Shown here: positions 51,521-62,999 of the stretch, one piece after another
Numbering within the stretch: the stretch's first letter is position 1
How the letters are laid out: the number at the start of each line of letters is the position of its first letter
Assembly (NCBI RefSeq): GCF_004010195.1
Contig: NC_057718.1
Span: 71,585,486-71,649,485 of the forward strand
Length of the DNA: 64,000 nucleotides
Reading direction: 5' to 3'
Source of the DNA: Chiloscyllium plagiosum
Taxonomy: Eukaryota
Notes under the pieces: model-generated
Database searches by the model: none
The model's input: only the letters and a program-made list of their open reading frames with translations
Told to the model about the DNA's origin: nothing
Program-made: the position numbers and the translations under genes

Positions 51521-53563
51521 TGAAAATGTGTTGCTGGAAAAGCGCAGCAGGTCAGGCAGCATCCAGGGAACAGGAGAATCGACGTTTCGGGCATAAGCCC
51601 TTCTTCCTGAAGAAGGTGGCTGAGAACACTTGGTGCTGTCACTGCTAGCTTTTAACACTCTTAAAAGGTATAGATCACCCACATCTTCATAACACTAGCA
51701 ACACTGCAGTGTCACTGGATTCTAGATTTCTCTGATTCTAGTTCCTATTGTTAGGAGTATTTACCAAGTCAGTGACATTACTTAAACTCTAAACTACTTT
51801 GCATCGACCACTGAACTTCGCTTTCAGAGTTTCACATTGTAAATACGAATACTTCGTAAACAAAAATAAAAATCGTTGAAAAACTTCAGCAGGTCTGGCA
51901 GCAACTGTAGAGAGAAATGAGAGTAAGCACATCTATTGACTCTTCCTCATAACTGAGTTGATTTCCAGCAACCACAGTTCTTTTAGTTTTTACAAATGGT
52001 TTATCTTCTTTTTGAAAAAATTCCTGAATGTTTGCCTGTTCTTTCATTTTACCTTGTGAAATTTTCAGATGCTGTTGAGCTACCATATCCTGTAAGTCAA
52101 TTTAGAAACATAGACGAGTATTCTAATATCGAGAACAATTAATAACTTTTCCCTAATCAATTTTAAAAGAGCTCTAATTTCATGACATAAATCAAGTCAA
52201 ATGAACTAAACCTAGAAGATTCGTTTGGGGAATCTTAGGTAGCAAAAAAATAATAAATCTAAGCTTTTCACTCTAACCTTGTCTTTGAGGGTCTGATAGT
52301 AAATCTTTAAATCTTCCTGTTCTTGCAATCAAGGAGAATCAGAGGCTGAGGGGTGACATTATAGAGATTTATAAAATCATGAGGGGCATGGATAAGGTAA
52401 ATAGACAAGGTATTTTCCCTGGAGAGGAGGAGTCCAGAACTAGAGGGCATAGGTTTAGGGTGAGAGGGGAACAAATTAAAAGGGGCATAAAGGGGGTACT
52501 CTTTTCTGCAGAGGGTGGTGTGTGTATCGAATGAACTGCCAGAGGAAGTGGTGGATGCTAGAACAATGAAACATTTAAAGGATGGGTATATGAATAGGAA
52601 CATTTTAGAAGGTATTATGGACTAGGCCAGACCCTTCAAAACATATTTAAGCAGGTAGTCCAGATCATAACTCCTTATTGGTTTTGGCTAAGTGTATACT
52701 GGATATTCCCAGAGTAAATTAGCTGGTTCGATTGCTAAGTTTTAAACAAACAACATTTATTTACATAATTACGGAATGAAATACAAAGAACAGAAAATAA
52801 AATACTGGATAACTTATCCTATCCAAACCTAATGGTAGTTCCAAAACTACCTGCAACAGTCCCAATACACACATCCCTTCACACAAAGAGTAAAAATGAA
52901 ACAAACCAGGGCTTATTGGCTTGAATTTAGCGAGAGAGAGAGACTTGCCCCAGCAGTCTTTCTTCACACACACACTGCTGCTGAACTCACTAAAGTTCTG
53001 AATTTAATAAAAAAAACTACTCTAAATGAAAGCAAGTTACATAGCTAGCTAGCACTCCCCTTTGATTATACCAGTTTTTTTAAAGACATAAAAGTCTTAG
53101 GTTGGAGAATTATCTGTTAGGGTAAACAAAAGGGCCCCAATAAAACTTTCAAACTCAGTCTAGTTGAAGCCTTGGGTTGTTAGAACTTCTCTGAAAAAAA
53201 CTCAAGGGCATAGCAAAAAAAACTAGTATTGTGACACCTCCCCCTTAAAAAAAATGAACCACCAATATCCAAAGATGGCTTCACTTTTCAGAATCCCCAA
53301 AAAATCGGTTAGTACTTTAAGCACACATATACATTCACTAACTATAAACTTGCAAACGTGCACAACTACATTTGGATTCAGGCTGTGGTTCTCCCACCAC
53401 TGAACACCTCTGTTTCTCATTTGAGTCTCAATTATGCATCAGCGATCACATTTTCTTGACTTGCCACATACATAACTTTCAAATTCAATGGCTGTAAATA
53501 AACATCTGAACAGTGTGACATTTTTGTCCTTAAATCTCTCCACAAACTTCAATGGGTTATGAT

Positions 53564-53703
53564 TTGGAGGTGCCAGTGTTGGACTGGGGTGTACAAAGTT
53601 AAAAATCACACAACACCAGGTTATAGTCCAACAGGTTTATTTGGAAGTGCTAGTGTTTCCAAATAAACCTGTTGGACTATAATCTGGTGTTGTGTGATTT
53701 TTC
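53564..53703. mobile_element. Second Penelope-derived fold-back insertion
   Basis: 46-bp inverted arms; 15-bp TSD TCAATGGGTTATGAT (53549-53563, 53704-53718). Confidence 0.9.
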
Positions 53704-55052
53704 TCAATGGGTTATGATCGGTGTATACAAATGTATCAGATGCGTTGCTGGTAATATAAACAAAGAAATGTTGTAGTGCCAACATCAAGCTTAAGTCTCT
53801 TTCTCAACTGTTGAATATTTCTGCTGATAAAAGTTCAACTTCCTGAAGAAATACCCAATAGAAATACCAAATCTGTCTTCTCGTCATCTTCTTGCAGGAG
53901 CACAGCACTGATACCCATATCATTTGCATCGATAACCACCTTGAAAAGCTTTGTGCAATCAAGTCTGGCTAATACTGGGGCAGTGGTTAACACAATTTTC
54001 AGGCTGTCAATGCCTCTGACAGTCCGCTGTCCACTGAAACTTCTTAGCTTTCTTTAGCAATTCAGTGAGTGGAGCAGCCACACTGCTAAAATTTGGTAGA
54101 AGCTTTCGGTAAAATCCACTCAATTCCAGGAACCGTAGTACTACCCTTTTTGTTGATGGTATGGGAAATTCCCTAATCACCATGGGACCATTTATCCATG
54201 TCTAATAGCATGGCACAGGAAGGTGACTTGTGCTTTGGCAAATTCACTTTTAGCTAAGTAACCACCAAGCATGCCTTACAAAGTTGTTTGAACAAGTCGA
54301 ATAAGAGTTGTAAATGTTCCTTCCATGAGTAACTAAAAACCATCAGGTCATCAAAGTACACCACACAGTTAGATAATCCAGCAATTACCTTGTTCGTTAG
54401 TCTCTGAAATGTACTTTCATACCAAATGGCATGACTTTAAACTGATACAGTCCACTTGGCGTTACAAAAACCGAAATTGCCCTTGCTCTTTCTGACAGAG
54501 GTACCTGCCTCTGAGCAAACCCAACTTAAAAATTTAAGTTGCAGTCTTCCAAGTGTGGAATTGGATGTGCATCAGTCTTTATAATTACATTGACTTTGCG
54601 ACAATCCACACATAACCATTGGGTACCATCTGGCTTTGGCACCATTACTATGGGTGAGCTCCAGTCACTGTAACTCATTTTGATTATGCCACCTTGGAGC
54701 ATTCATTCTGCCTCCTTCTGAACCTGTGCCAATGTACGAGGATTATGTTGCTTAATCGGAACAGCATCTCCTATATCTACATCATGTACAATTAGGTTAG
54801 TATTTCCCAGTTTATTTCCATGTATCTCCCCATGCGATAGTAATAACTTTTTAAGGTCATTTTGAATTTTCTCAGGAAGGTAATTCAATAATTTAATCCA
54901 ATTTTTGACAACTTCCTTATTGTCCAATTTAATTTGATGAATGTCCAATTCAGAATCCTCTGAATCTTAGTCTTCCTTCTGTGTTGTAATCATTAACACC
55001 ATCTCTTCTGGCTTTCCTTCCCTGTCAAAATACCTTTTGAGCATGACATACA

Positions 55053-56569
55053 TGAGAAAGTCTAGAGCCTTAAAACTTGTCTTTAAACATTTAGACTAAA
55101 ATGTAATGCTGAATTATAGAACATATTTACTGCACGAGAAAATAGACAGGCAGGAAGGCTCAGAAAAAGGGGGAACTTAAAGATAGGGATACCTGGGCTC
55201 ACCAAGTGATAACAGGATGGTGTAAGACAATTGAAAACATTTGTCTCAGCATCGGTGAATCTGTGAACAAGACACCAAGTGATAACGTGAAATTAATGAC
55301 AGTGTTTGATTCTGACCCTGAATGAAAATCGGTACTATCAAAAGCTTTGTAATTAATGGTCAGATGCTGCCAATTATAATGGATCCTCATTACCCCCTTG
55401 CAAGCGGGGCAGACACAGAGAAAACAAAAATCTTTGCTGATTGAGTGAATTCTTAGAAGAGTGTAAAGGAAGTAGGAGTATACTTAAGAGGGAAATCAGG
55501 AAGGCAAAAAGGGGACATGAGGTAGCTTTGGCAAATAGAATTAAGGAGAATTCAAAGGGTTTTTACAAATATATTAAGGACAAACAGGTAACTAGGGAGA
55601 GAATTGGGCCCCTCAAAGATCAGCAAGGCAGCCTTTGTGTGGAGCCACAGAAAATGGGGGAGATACTAAATGAATATTTTGCATCAGTATTTACTGTGGA
55701 AAAGGATATGAAAGATATAGACTGTAGGGAAATAGATGGTGACATCTCGCAAAATGTCCAGATTACAGAGGAGGAAGTGAAACTATCATGGTATTCGAAC
55801 AGATGAAAGACTCAACAGACAATCAAAGTATTTTTCAGTTACATCACACTGTAAACTTTTGCTATAAATTGTGTCCTCCACAACCACCTGATGAAGGAGT
55901 GGTGCTCCGAAAGCTAGTGTGCTTCCAATTAAACCTGTTGGACTATAACCTAGTGTTGTGTGGTTTTTAACTTTGCCCACCCCAGTCTAACACCGGCATC
56001 TCCAAATCAATTGTATCAGACATGCGAGCTGTGCATGGTTACTTTATGACCTCTCCAATTAGCTCAGACTGGACCTCTTTATGATAGGAGTTTATCTCGC
56101 TAGCAAGCTGGGTATGTTTTTCCCACCCGATGGATAACTCGAGGCCTGTAGGAGTGATTAGTCAAGCGCACACAGATCTGTCAAATAACTTTTCTTCCTT
56201 ATGAATTATTGTCCTTCACTGTTATCTGTCTAATTAAGAAAATGCAGTGTGTTTTTCAAACTTTTGTATAAAGGAAGCCACTTTGTATCAGTACAGCGGA
56301 GTAGCCTGCTGGGGCACTTGAAGAGCTGGTACCCTACTCTCCTAGGTCATTAGAACCAAGTTAGTTTAGCTTATAGGTATCCATGTTATGTTGTAACAGT
56401 GATGCTATTAGTGAATAAAGGGGATGACTAAAATTAAACTAAATGTCTGAAAAAGGTTTTTATTCTAGATATCCAAAGAGTACAATATCTGGGACAAACC
56501 AAGAGAGAGGCTTTACAGGTCTGAGTCCACAAGGGATTCACTGAGCCGGCTCAAATCTGTACTTTAACA
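55053..56569 (+). mobile_element. Solo LTR inside the Gmr1 integrase, itself carrying CR1 (~55440-55780) and Penelope end (~55780-56010) inserts
   Basis: TGAGAAAG...CTTTAACA termini, flanks TACA/CACA, TATAAA and AATAAA internally; integrase C-terminus is colinear across it. Confidence 0.7.
55885..55919 (+). ncRNA. Minimal type I hammerhead ribozyme motif
   Basis: CAC-CTGATGA-A-GGAGT ggt GCTCC-GAAA-GC-TA-GTG: both core boxes, stem II, palindromic stem III, 3-bp stem I. Confidence 0.75.
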
Positions 56570-57511
56570 CACACTGTGAGATTTCCTTCTGTCTGGTCTA
56601 TCACATAGTTCACCTCACACAATTTCCTTTCAATTTGATAAGGTTCCCTAAATCTTGCTTATAAAGTTTGACCTATTACTGGAAAGAACATTAATACCCT
56701 ATCCCCGATAGCAAAATTGTGAATTTTTGATTTCTTATCTGCTTTCTGTTTCATTGTATGCTGTGATAATTTTAAATGCTGTCTAGCCAACTCCCAGCTC
56801 TATTTAATCATTCTCTAAAATTTGACACATAGTCAAATGTATGGTCTCTGAATTCTGACTTACTAACTACTCCTCACTTCATGCCTAAAACTAATTCAAA
56901 TGGACTGAATTTGATGGACTCATTTGGTGCATCTTTGATCGCAAAAAACATAACCCTTATCCCAATCATCTGGATAGTCCAGACATGGTCTTTAGTGTTT
57001 AATGCCATCTTTATAGTGCTCTCTGGGATTCTGGATGGTACGCAGTAGATTTGAATTGTTTTACGCCTAGTCTGTCCATAACTTCCTTGAACAGTTTGGA
57101 TGTGAAATTTGACCCTTGATCTGACTGTATCTCTATTGGTAGTCTTTATCTAGCAAAAAAAGACTAATTCCTCTCTAATTCGTTTAGCTGTGATATTGTG
57201 TAATGGATGGCCTCTGGAAATCTCATCAATACATCCATTATTACTAACAAATACTGATTACCACTTTTTGTTTGAGGTAGGAATCCTATGCAATCAATTA
57301 AGACTCTTGTAAAATGCTGGAATACGTATTAAACGTGCAGGCGTTATTGCCTGTGGTAGCCTGTGCCTACTGGAGTAGCTGGTTGCCTGGAATTGACAGA
57401 AAACAGATTTGAATTAGGCCATTCAGTTTAAACTATTCCCTGAAAAAAATACTAATTTTCAATAAAGTTTGACAATCTTAAAAGCCAATGACACAATCCA
57501 ATGCCCTGGGG

Positions 57512-58251
57512 TGTAAGACCGGGGGAAATTGAACAGTTGGGAGGAGAACTGCCAAGCCACAGCTGGTAAAAGTCTGCCTGAAAAATAACTATCTTAAAAG
57601 TACCTTTTTTGATCAGTAACCTGAGCAGCAGAAATCCCTAAGACATAGGAAGATCCAAATAGAAGAACCAAAAGCTACCTGGTTTTGAGATAAGAAGTGT
57701 TGTTTTGTAATTCTTAATTGGGAGGTTTTTTTAAATTGGATTATTTACAGTGTGGAAACAGGCCCTTCGGCCAACAAGTCCACACTGACCCTCTGATACC
57801 CAGATCCATTCCCCCTGACTATTGCATCTGACACTACAGGCAATTTAGCATGGCCAATTCACCTGACCTGCACATCTTTGGACTTGGGAAGAAACCGGAG
57901 CACCCGGAGGAAACCCACGTGGAGGCAGGGAGAATGTACAAACTCCACACAGTCACCCGGGGTGGGAATTGAACCTGGGTCCTTGGTGCTGTGAGGCAGC
58001 AGTGCTAATCACTGAGCCACCGTGCCACCCCATTGGACTTATATTATAAAAGGGAAGATAAAAGATAGGTTAGAGTAAGTACTTGTACATAATTGTTAAT
58101 TAATTATTTTCTGTTATACTTGAAGAATTAAAGTTGTTAATTTTTACTTTAAATAGTTCTTGGCCACTCGAATGTTTACAGATTACTGCATGGGATAAAT
58201 CTTTTCTGTGTTGCTGGTTTTATGCAGGAGAGTTTACCCTGTGTCGTAACA
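57512..58251 (+). mobile_element. Solo Gypsy-type LTR with V-SINE insert (~57740-58030, minus)
   Basis: TGTAAGAC...GTCGTAACA termini; no clear TSD. Confidence 0.65.
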
Positions 58252-58989
58252 CTAGACTAAAACATTAACTCTGCTTTTTCTGTCCACTGATGCTGCCAGA
58301 TCGGTTGAGTTTCTCAAACAATTTCTGTTTTAACTTTCCAGCATTTGCAGTTCTTTGTCTTGTTTATGCTTGTGATAAATGGAATGTACAAAATCAAAAT
58401 ACACTGATGCTGGAAATCTGAAACACCTGTTTCTCTTTCCATGGATTCTGCCAAACCTGCTGAGTCCCTCCAGCATTCTCTGCGTTTGCAAACAATATAA
58501 TATTATATGTTTTGAGCTGTAATGTAACCTTGGGGAGAATTCTTGGACACTTTCTTCGTATAGTTCCATGTGACTTTTTACATTCAGCTTCATAAACAGT
58601 TTCGGTTAACATTAACTATAACACTCTGATACAATGCTCTAAATCTCAATTGTACAATGGTCTTTGGAATATTTTTGATTAGCAGAGCTCAGATATCCTA
58701 CATCCGAAGTTGCCTGTAACTTTTGTTCGTGGATGGTGAGTTGGGGGTGATGATGGCTCAACAATGTAGTGTTCGCAACACACCTCAACTGCTAACTTTA
58801 AAGTGGTCTGGACAGAAGCTGTCCAGTTGTTTCTGATAGCATAAACATCAAGAATCAAAGAACCCGGATTTAATGTGCCTGGAGAAAAAAAACCTATTCT
58901 ACGCCGTTTCTGGTTAGGATTTGGGAGAATGTTGAAGAAAGATTTCCTTGGCCTTCAAAACAATGAATAGTTATGCCAAGAGAGAAAAA

Positions 58990-59460
58990 GGTAGCACTTC
59001 CGTATAACAGCTTTTACTATAAGCTATGTGGCTCGCTCTTGCACAGTCGCCACGTCACAGCTGCGCAATATGCTTTTGAGCAATCTTAGATCTTGTCTCC
59101 GCCCACTGTATCGCTCGTATTTACAGTGGCTCCTCCCTGAATACCCGCACCCCATTGCTCGCATCATGAGCCAAGAGGAAGATGTGGTCATCATAGGTGC
59201 TGCAAGAACACCGATCGGTAAGGACATTCGGTTTGGTGTAGGAATGGAGCGAACAAGTCGAGTCGGTAGCCATGTTGTAAAATTGTGAAACGACAGACGG
59301 GACTCTTTTTTGCTGTCATTTCGAATTGCCTAGAAAGCCGAAATCCGTGGCCTCTGTTGGGCCAACCGCAGCTCAGGAGACGGCTGGTAACCAATTGCAC
59401 GTTCCCTATTAATCAAACTTGTTTCTCAGCTCAGCACCTGATTGGCTGTAGGGCCATTGT
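58990..59460 (+). promoter_or_regulatory. ACAT2 promoter / CpG-richer region
   Basis: Local CpG enrichment; CACTTCCG (ETS-like) 58995-59002, CCACGTCA (ATF/CREB-like) 59050-59057, CCAAT-type boxes near 59390 and 59440. Confidence 0.55.
59166..59217 (+). CDS. ACAT2: First coding exon of cytosolic acetoacetyl-CoA thiolase
   Basis: MSQEEDVVIIGAARTPIG thiolase N-terminal motif ending in phase-1 donor G/GTAAGG at 59217/59218; position downstream of WTAP matches known vertebrate synteny. Confidence 0.9.
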
Positions 59461-59949
59461 CTTTGTGTTTTCCTTGGAATTAATTCAGAGAGATAACAGC
59501 AACGAAACCTTTTAAACTGGACCCAAATATTCCAGTTTTTTCTAACACAAATCAATGTAGGTCTTTAATGTTAAAAGAGCGGCCCTATGTTCCTCTGGAA
59601 CTGTGGCGACTTTACCTTATCTTCATTTACGAAAAGTATTTGGATAAATCCAGCATATTTGTATACCAATATATTGAAAGCTCTCTGTTGTATTTTCCAG
59701 GAATATATCTGTTGATCATATGAGTTCAGTGTGATCACAGCAGAATTTTACAGTGTTCTACTATGCTCAGTGTGTGTCATGAGGTGGTGCTTCCCTACTC
59801 CAGGCCTGGGTAGAGTATTCTGTCTAGCTACCTCCATATGGTTGTGCTTCTCTTAGCAGATTCAAATAAGAGGCCAGAAAGCAAGATGCCTTTAAATAGC
59901 CAATTTGGGGCCTTAACTGGGGCAAGGACAGATAGGATTGTCCTGGATC

Positions 59950-61085
59950 TTGTGTGTCAAGAGTGTGGTGCTGGAAAAGCACAGCAGGTCAGGCAACATC
60001 TGAGGAGCAGGAGAATCAACTTTTCAGGCATAAGCCCTTCATCAAGAATGAAGCATGTGGGTCGGGGCTGAGAGATAAATGGGATGGGGGGAGTGGGGGG
60101 CTGGGTTGGGAGGAGGTAGCTGGGAAAGTGATTGGTGGATAAAGGTGAGGGAGAAAAGGTGGTAGGTCAGAGTGGGCAGCGATGGACCGGTCTGGAGGGT
60201 GATGCTGAGTTTGGAGGCTTGGGACAGGGATAATGTGGGAGGATGGGAAATGAGGAAGCTATTGAAATCCACATTTATCCTGTGTGGTTACAAGTCCCCA
60301 AGGTGGAATATGAGGCATTCCACCTCCAGGTTTGACAGTGGAGGAGGCCCAGGACCTGCATGTCCTTGACGGAGTGGGAGGGGGAGGAAGAAATGTTCAG
60401 CCGTGGGGTTGGTGGGGATGGGTGTCCCAGAGATGTTCTCTGAAACGATCCACAAGAAGCTATCCTGTCTCCCCGAATATAGAGGAGACCACATCGGGCC
60501 CAAAGGACGCCGAAGATGACATAGGTAGAGGTACAGGTGAATTTCTGACAGATGACATGTGGGTGGCACAGTGGTTAGCACTGCTGCCTCAGCGCCGGAG
60601 ACCCGGGTTCAATTCCCGACTCAGGCGACTGAATGTGTGGAGTTTGCACGTTCTCCCTGTGTCTGCGTGGGTTTCCTCCGGGTGCTCCGGTTTCCTCCCA
60701 CAATCCAAAGATGTGCAGGTCAGGTGAATTGGCCATGCTAAATTGCCCGTAGTGTTAGGTAAGGGGTAAATGTAGGGGTATGGGTGGGTTGCGCTTCGGC
60801 GGGTCGGTGTGGACTTGTTGGGCCGAAGGGCCTGTTTCCACACTGTAATGTAATCTAATCTAAAAAAAATCTAATGACTCTATGACTTTATGTGGAAGGG
60901 GTCCCTTGAGGCCTTGGTTGGAGGAGATGGGAGTGGTGTGGTTGCAGGATTTGCATTTACTGCCATGGCAGGGAAAGGCGCCAGGAGTAGGGTGTGGACA
61001 AGGGAGTCGCAGAGGGAATGGTCTTTTCGGAACACTGATGGGGTGGGAAGGGATATTTTATCTCTGGTGGTGAGGTCTGTTTGGA
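59950..61085 (-). mobile_element. Penelope-like element in ACAT2 intron 1, interrupted by a young + strand V-SINE (60559-60862)
   Basis: Reverse-complement similarity to 46380-47160. Confidence 0.85.
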
Positions 61086-61086
61086 A

Positions 61087-62350
61087 GTCATAGAGTCATT
61101 GAGAAATACAGCATGGAAATAAACCCTTCGGTCCTACTCGTCCATGCCGACCAGATATCCCAACCCAATCTAGTCCCACCTGCTAGCACCCGGCCCATAT
61201 CCCTCCAAGCCCTTCCTATTCATGTATCCATCCAAATGCCTTTTAAATGTTGCAATTGTACCAGCCTCCACCACTTCCTCTGGCAGCTCATTCCATACAC
61301 TTACCACTCTCTGTGTGAAAACGTTGTCCCGTAGGTCTCTTTTGTATCTTTCCCCTCTCACCCTAAACCTATGCCCTCAAGTTCTGGACTTCCCAACCCC
61401 AGGGAAAAGGCTTTGACTATTTACCCTATCCATACCCCTCATAATTTTGTAAACCTCCATGAGGTCACCCCTCAGCCTCCGACACTCCAGGGATAACAGC
61501 CCCAGTCTGTTCAGCCTCTCCCTATAGCTCAGATCCTCCAACTCTGGCAACATCCTTGTAAATCTTTTCTGAACCCTTTCAAGTTTCACAACATCTTTCC
61601 GATGGGAAGGAGACCAGAATTGCATGCAATATTCCAAGAGTGACCTAACCAATGTCCTGTACAGCCGCAACATGACCTCCCAACTCCTGTACTCAATATT
61701 CTGACCAATAAAGAAAAGCATACCAAACGCCATCTTCACTATCCTATCTACCTGCACACTCCACTTTCAAGGAGCTATGAACCTGCACTCCAAGGTCTCT
61801 TTGTTCAGCAACATTCCCTAGGACCTTAACATTAAGTGTATTTGCTAAGATTTGCTTTCCCAAAATGCAGCACCTTGCATTTATCTAAATTAAACTCCAT
61901 CTGTCACTTCTCAGCTCATTGGCCCAACTGGTCAAGATCCTGTTGATATCTGTGGTAACCCTCTTCGCTGTCCACTACACATCCAAATTTGGTGTCATCT
62001 GCAAACTTATTGACTATACCTCTTATGCTCGCATCCAAATCATTTATGTAAATGACAAAATGTAGAGGACCCAGCCCCGATTCTTGTGGCACTCCACTGG
62101 TTACAGGCCTCCAGTCTGAAAAACAACCCACCACCACCCCCTGTCTCCTACCTTTGGGCCAGTTCTGTATCCAAATGGCTAGTTCTCCCTGTATTCCATG
62201 AGATCTAACCTTGCTAATTAGTCTCCCATGGGGAACCTTGTCGAAAGCCTTACTGAAGTCCATATAGATCACATCTACTGCTCTGTCCTCATCAATCTTC
62301 TTTGTTACTTCCTCAAAAAACTCAATCAAGTTTGTGAGACATGATTTCCC
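61087..62350 (-). mobile_element. CR1 RT/3' end
   Basis: CLTNLIEFFEE, YMDFSKAFDKVPH, FADD. Confidence 0.93.
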
Positions 62351-62998
62351 AAGTTTCGGGCAAAAGCCCTTCATCAGGAATACAGGCAGAGAGCCTGAAG
62401 CGTGGAGAGGAGGGTGGGGGTGGGGAGAAAGTAGCATAGAGTACAATGACTTTATGTGGAAGGGGCCCCTGAGCTGCCCAACATTTCAACTCTCCCTCCC
62501 ACTCTGCCGAGGACGTGGAGGTCCTGGGCCTCCTTCACCGCCGCTCCCTCACCACCAGATGCCTGGAGGAAGAACGCCTCATCTTCCGCCTCGGAACACT
62601 TCAACCCCAGGGCATCCATGTGGATTTCAACAGTTTCCTCATTTCCCCTTCCCCCACCTCACCCTAGTTCCAAACTTCCAGCTCAGCACTGTCCCCATGA
62701 CTTGTCCTACCTACCTATCTTCTTTTCCACCTATCCACTCCAACCTCCCCCCTGCCCCCGACCTATCACCTTCATCCCCTCCCCCAGTCACCTATTGTAC
62801 TCTATGCTACTTTCTCCCCACCCCCACCCTCTAGCTTATCTCTCCACGCCTTCAGGCTCTCTGCCTTTATTCCTGATTCGGCTTTTGCCCGAAACGTCGA
62901 TTTTACTGCTCCTTGGATGCTGCCTGAACTGCTGTGCTCTTCCAGCACCACTAGTCCAGAATCTGGTTTCCAGCATCTGCAATCATTGTTTTTACCCT
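62351..62998 (+). mobile_element. Penelope 3' fragment with inverted terminal segment
   Basis: 62351-62446 is an inverted copy of ~62790-62895; LEEERLIFRLGTLQP-type C-terminus. Confidence 0.85.
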
Positions 62999-62999
62999 G

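Larger units (their letters stand above)
52613..57350 (-). mobile_element. Gmr1-type Gypsy element: integrase, RT/RNase H, PPT and 3' LTR (52613-53236)
   Basis: Integrase GNQYLLVIMD, QSDQGSNF, AYHPESQ (56570-57350) lies upstream of RT/RNase H (53420-54800) ending NVIADA; PPT at 53237-53253; LTR is the reverse complement of 50154-51014. Confidence 0.9.

Noticed and set aside
59166..59217. Assignment to mitochondrial ACAT1
   Set aside because: Phase-1 intron right after the RTPIG motif and position next to WTAP fit ACAT2
9831..60843. Recurring ORFs such as MWKQALRPN...CGRKPEHPEETHADTG
   Set aside because: Antisense translations of SINE copies
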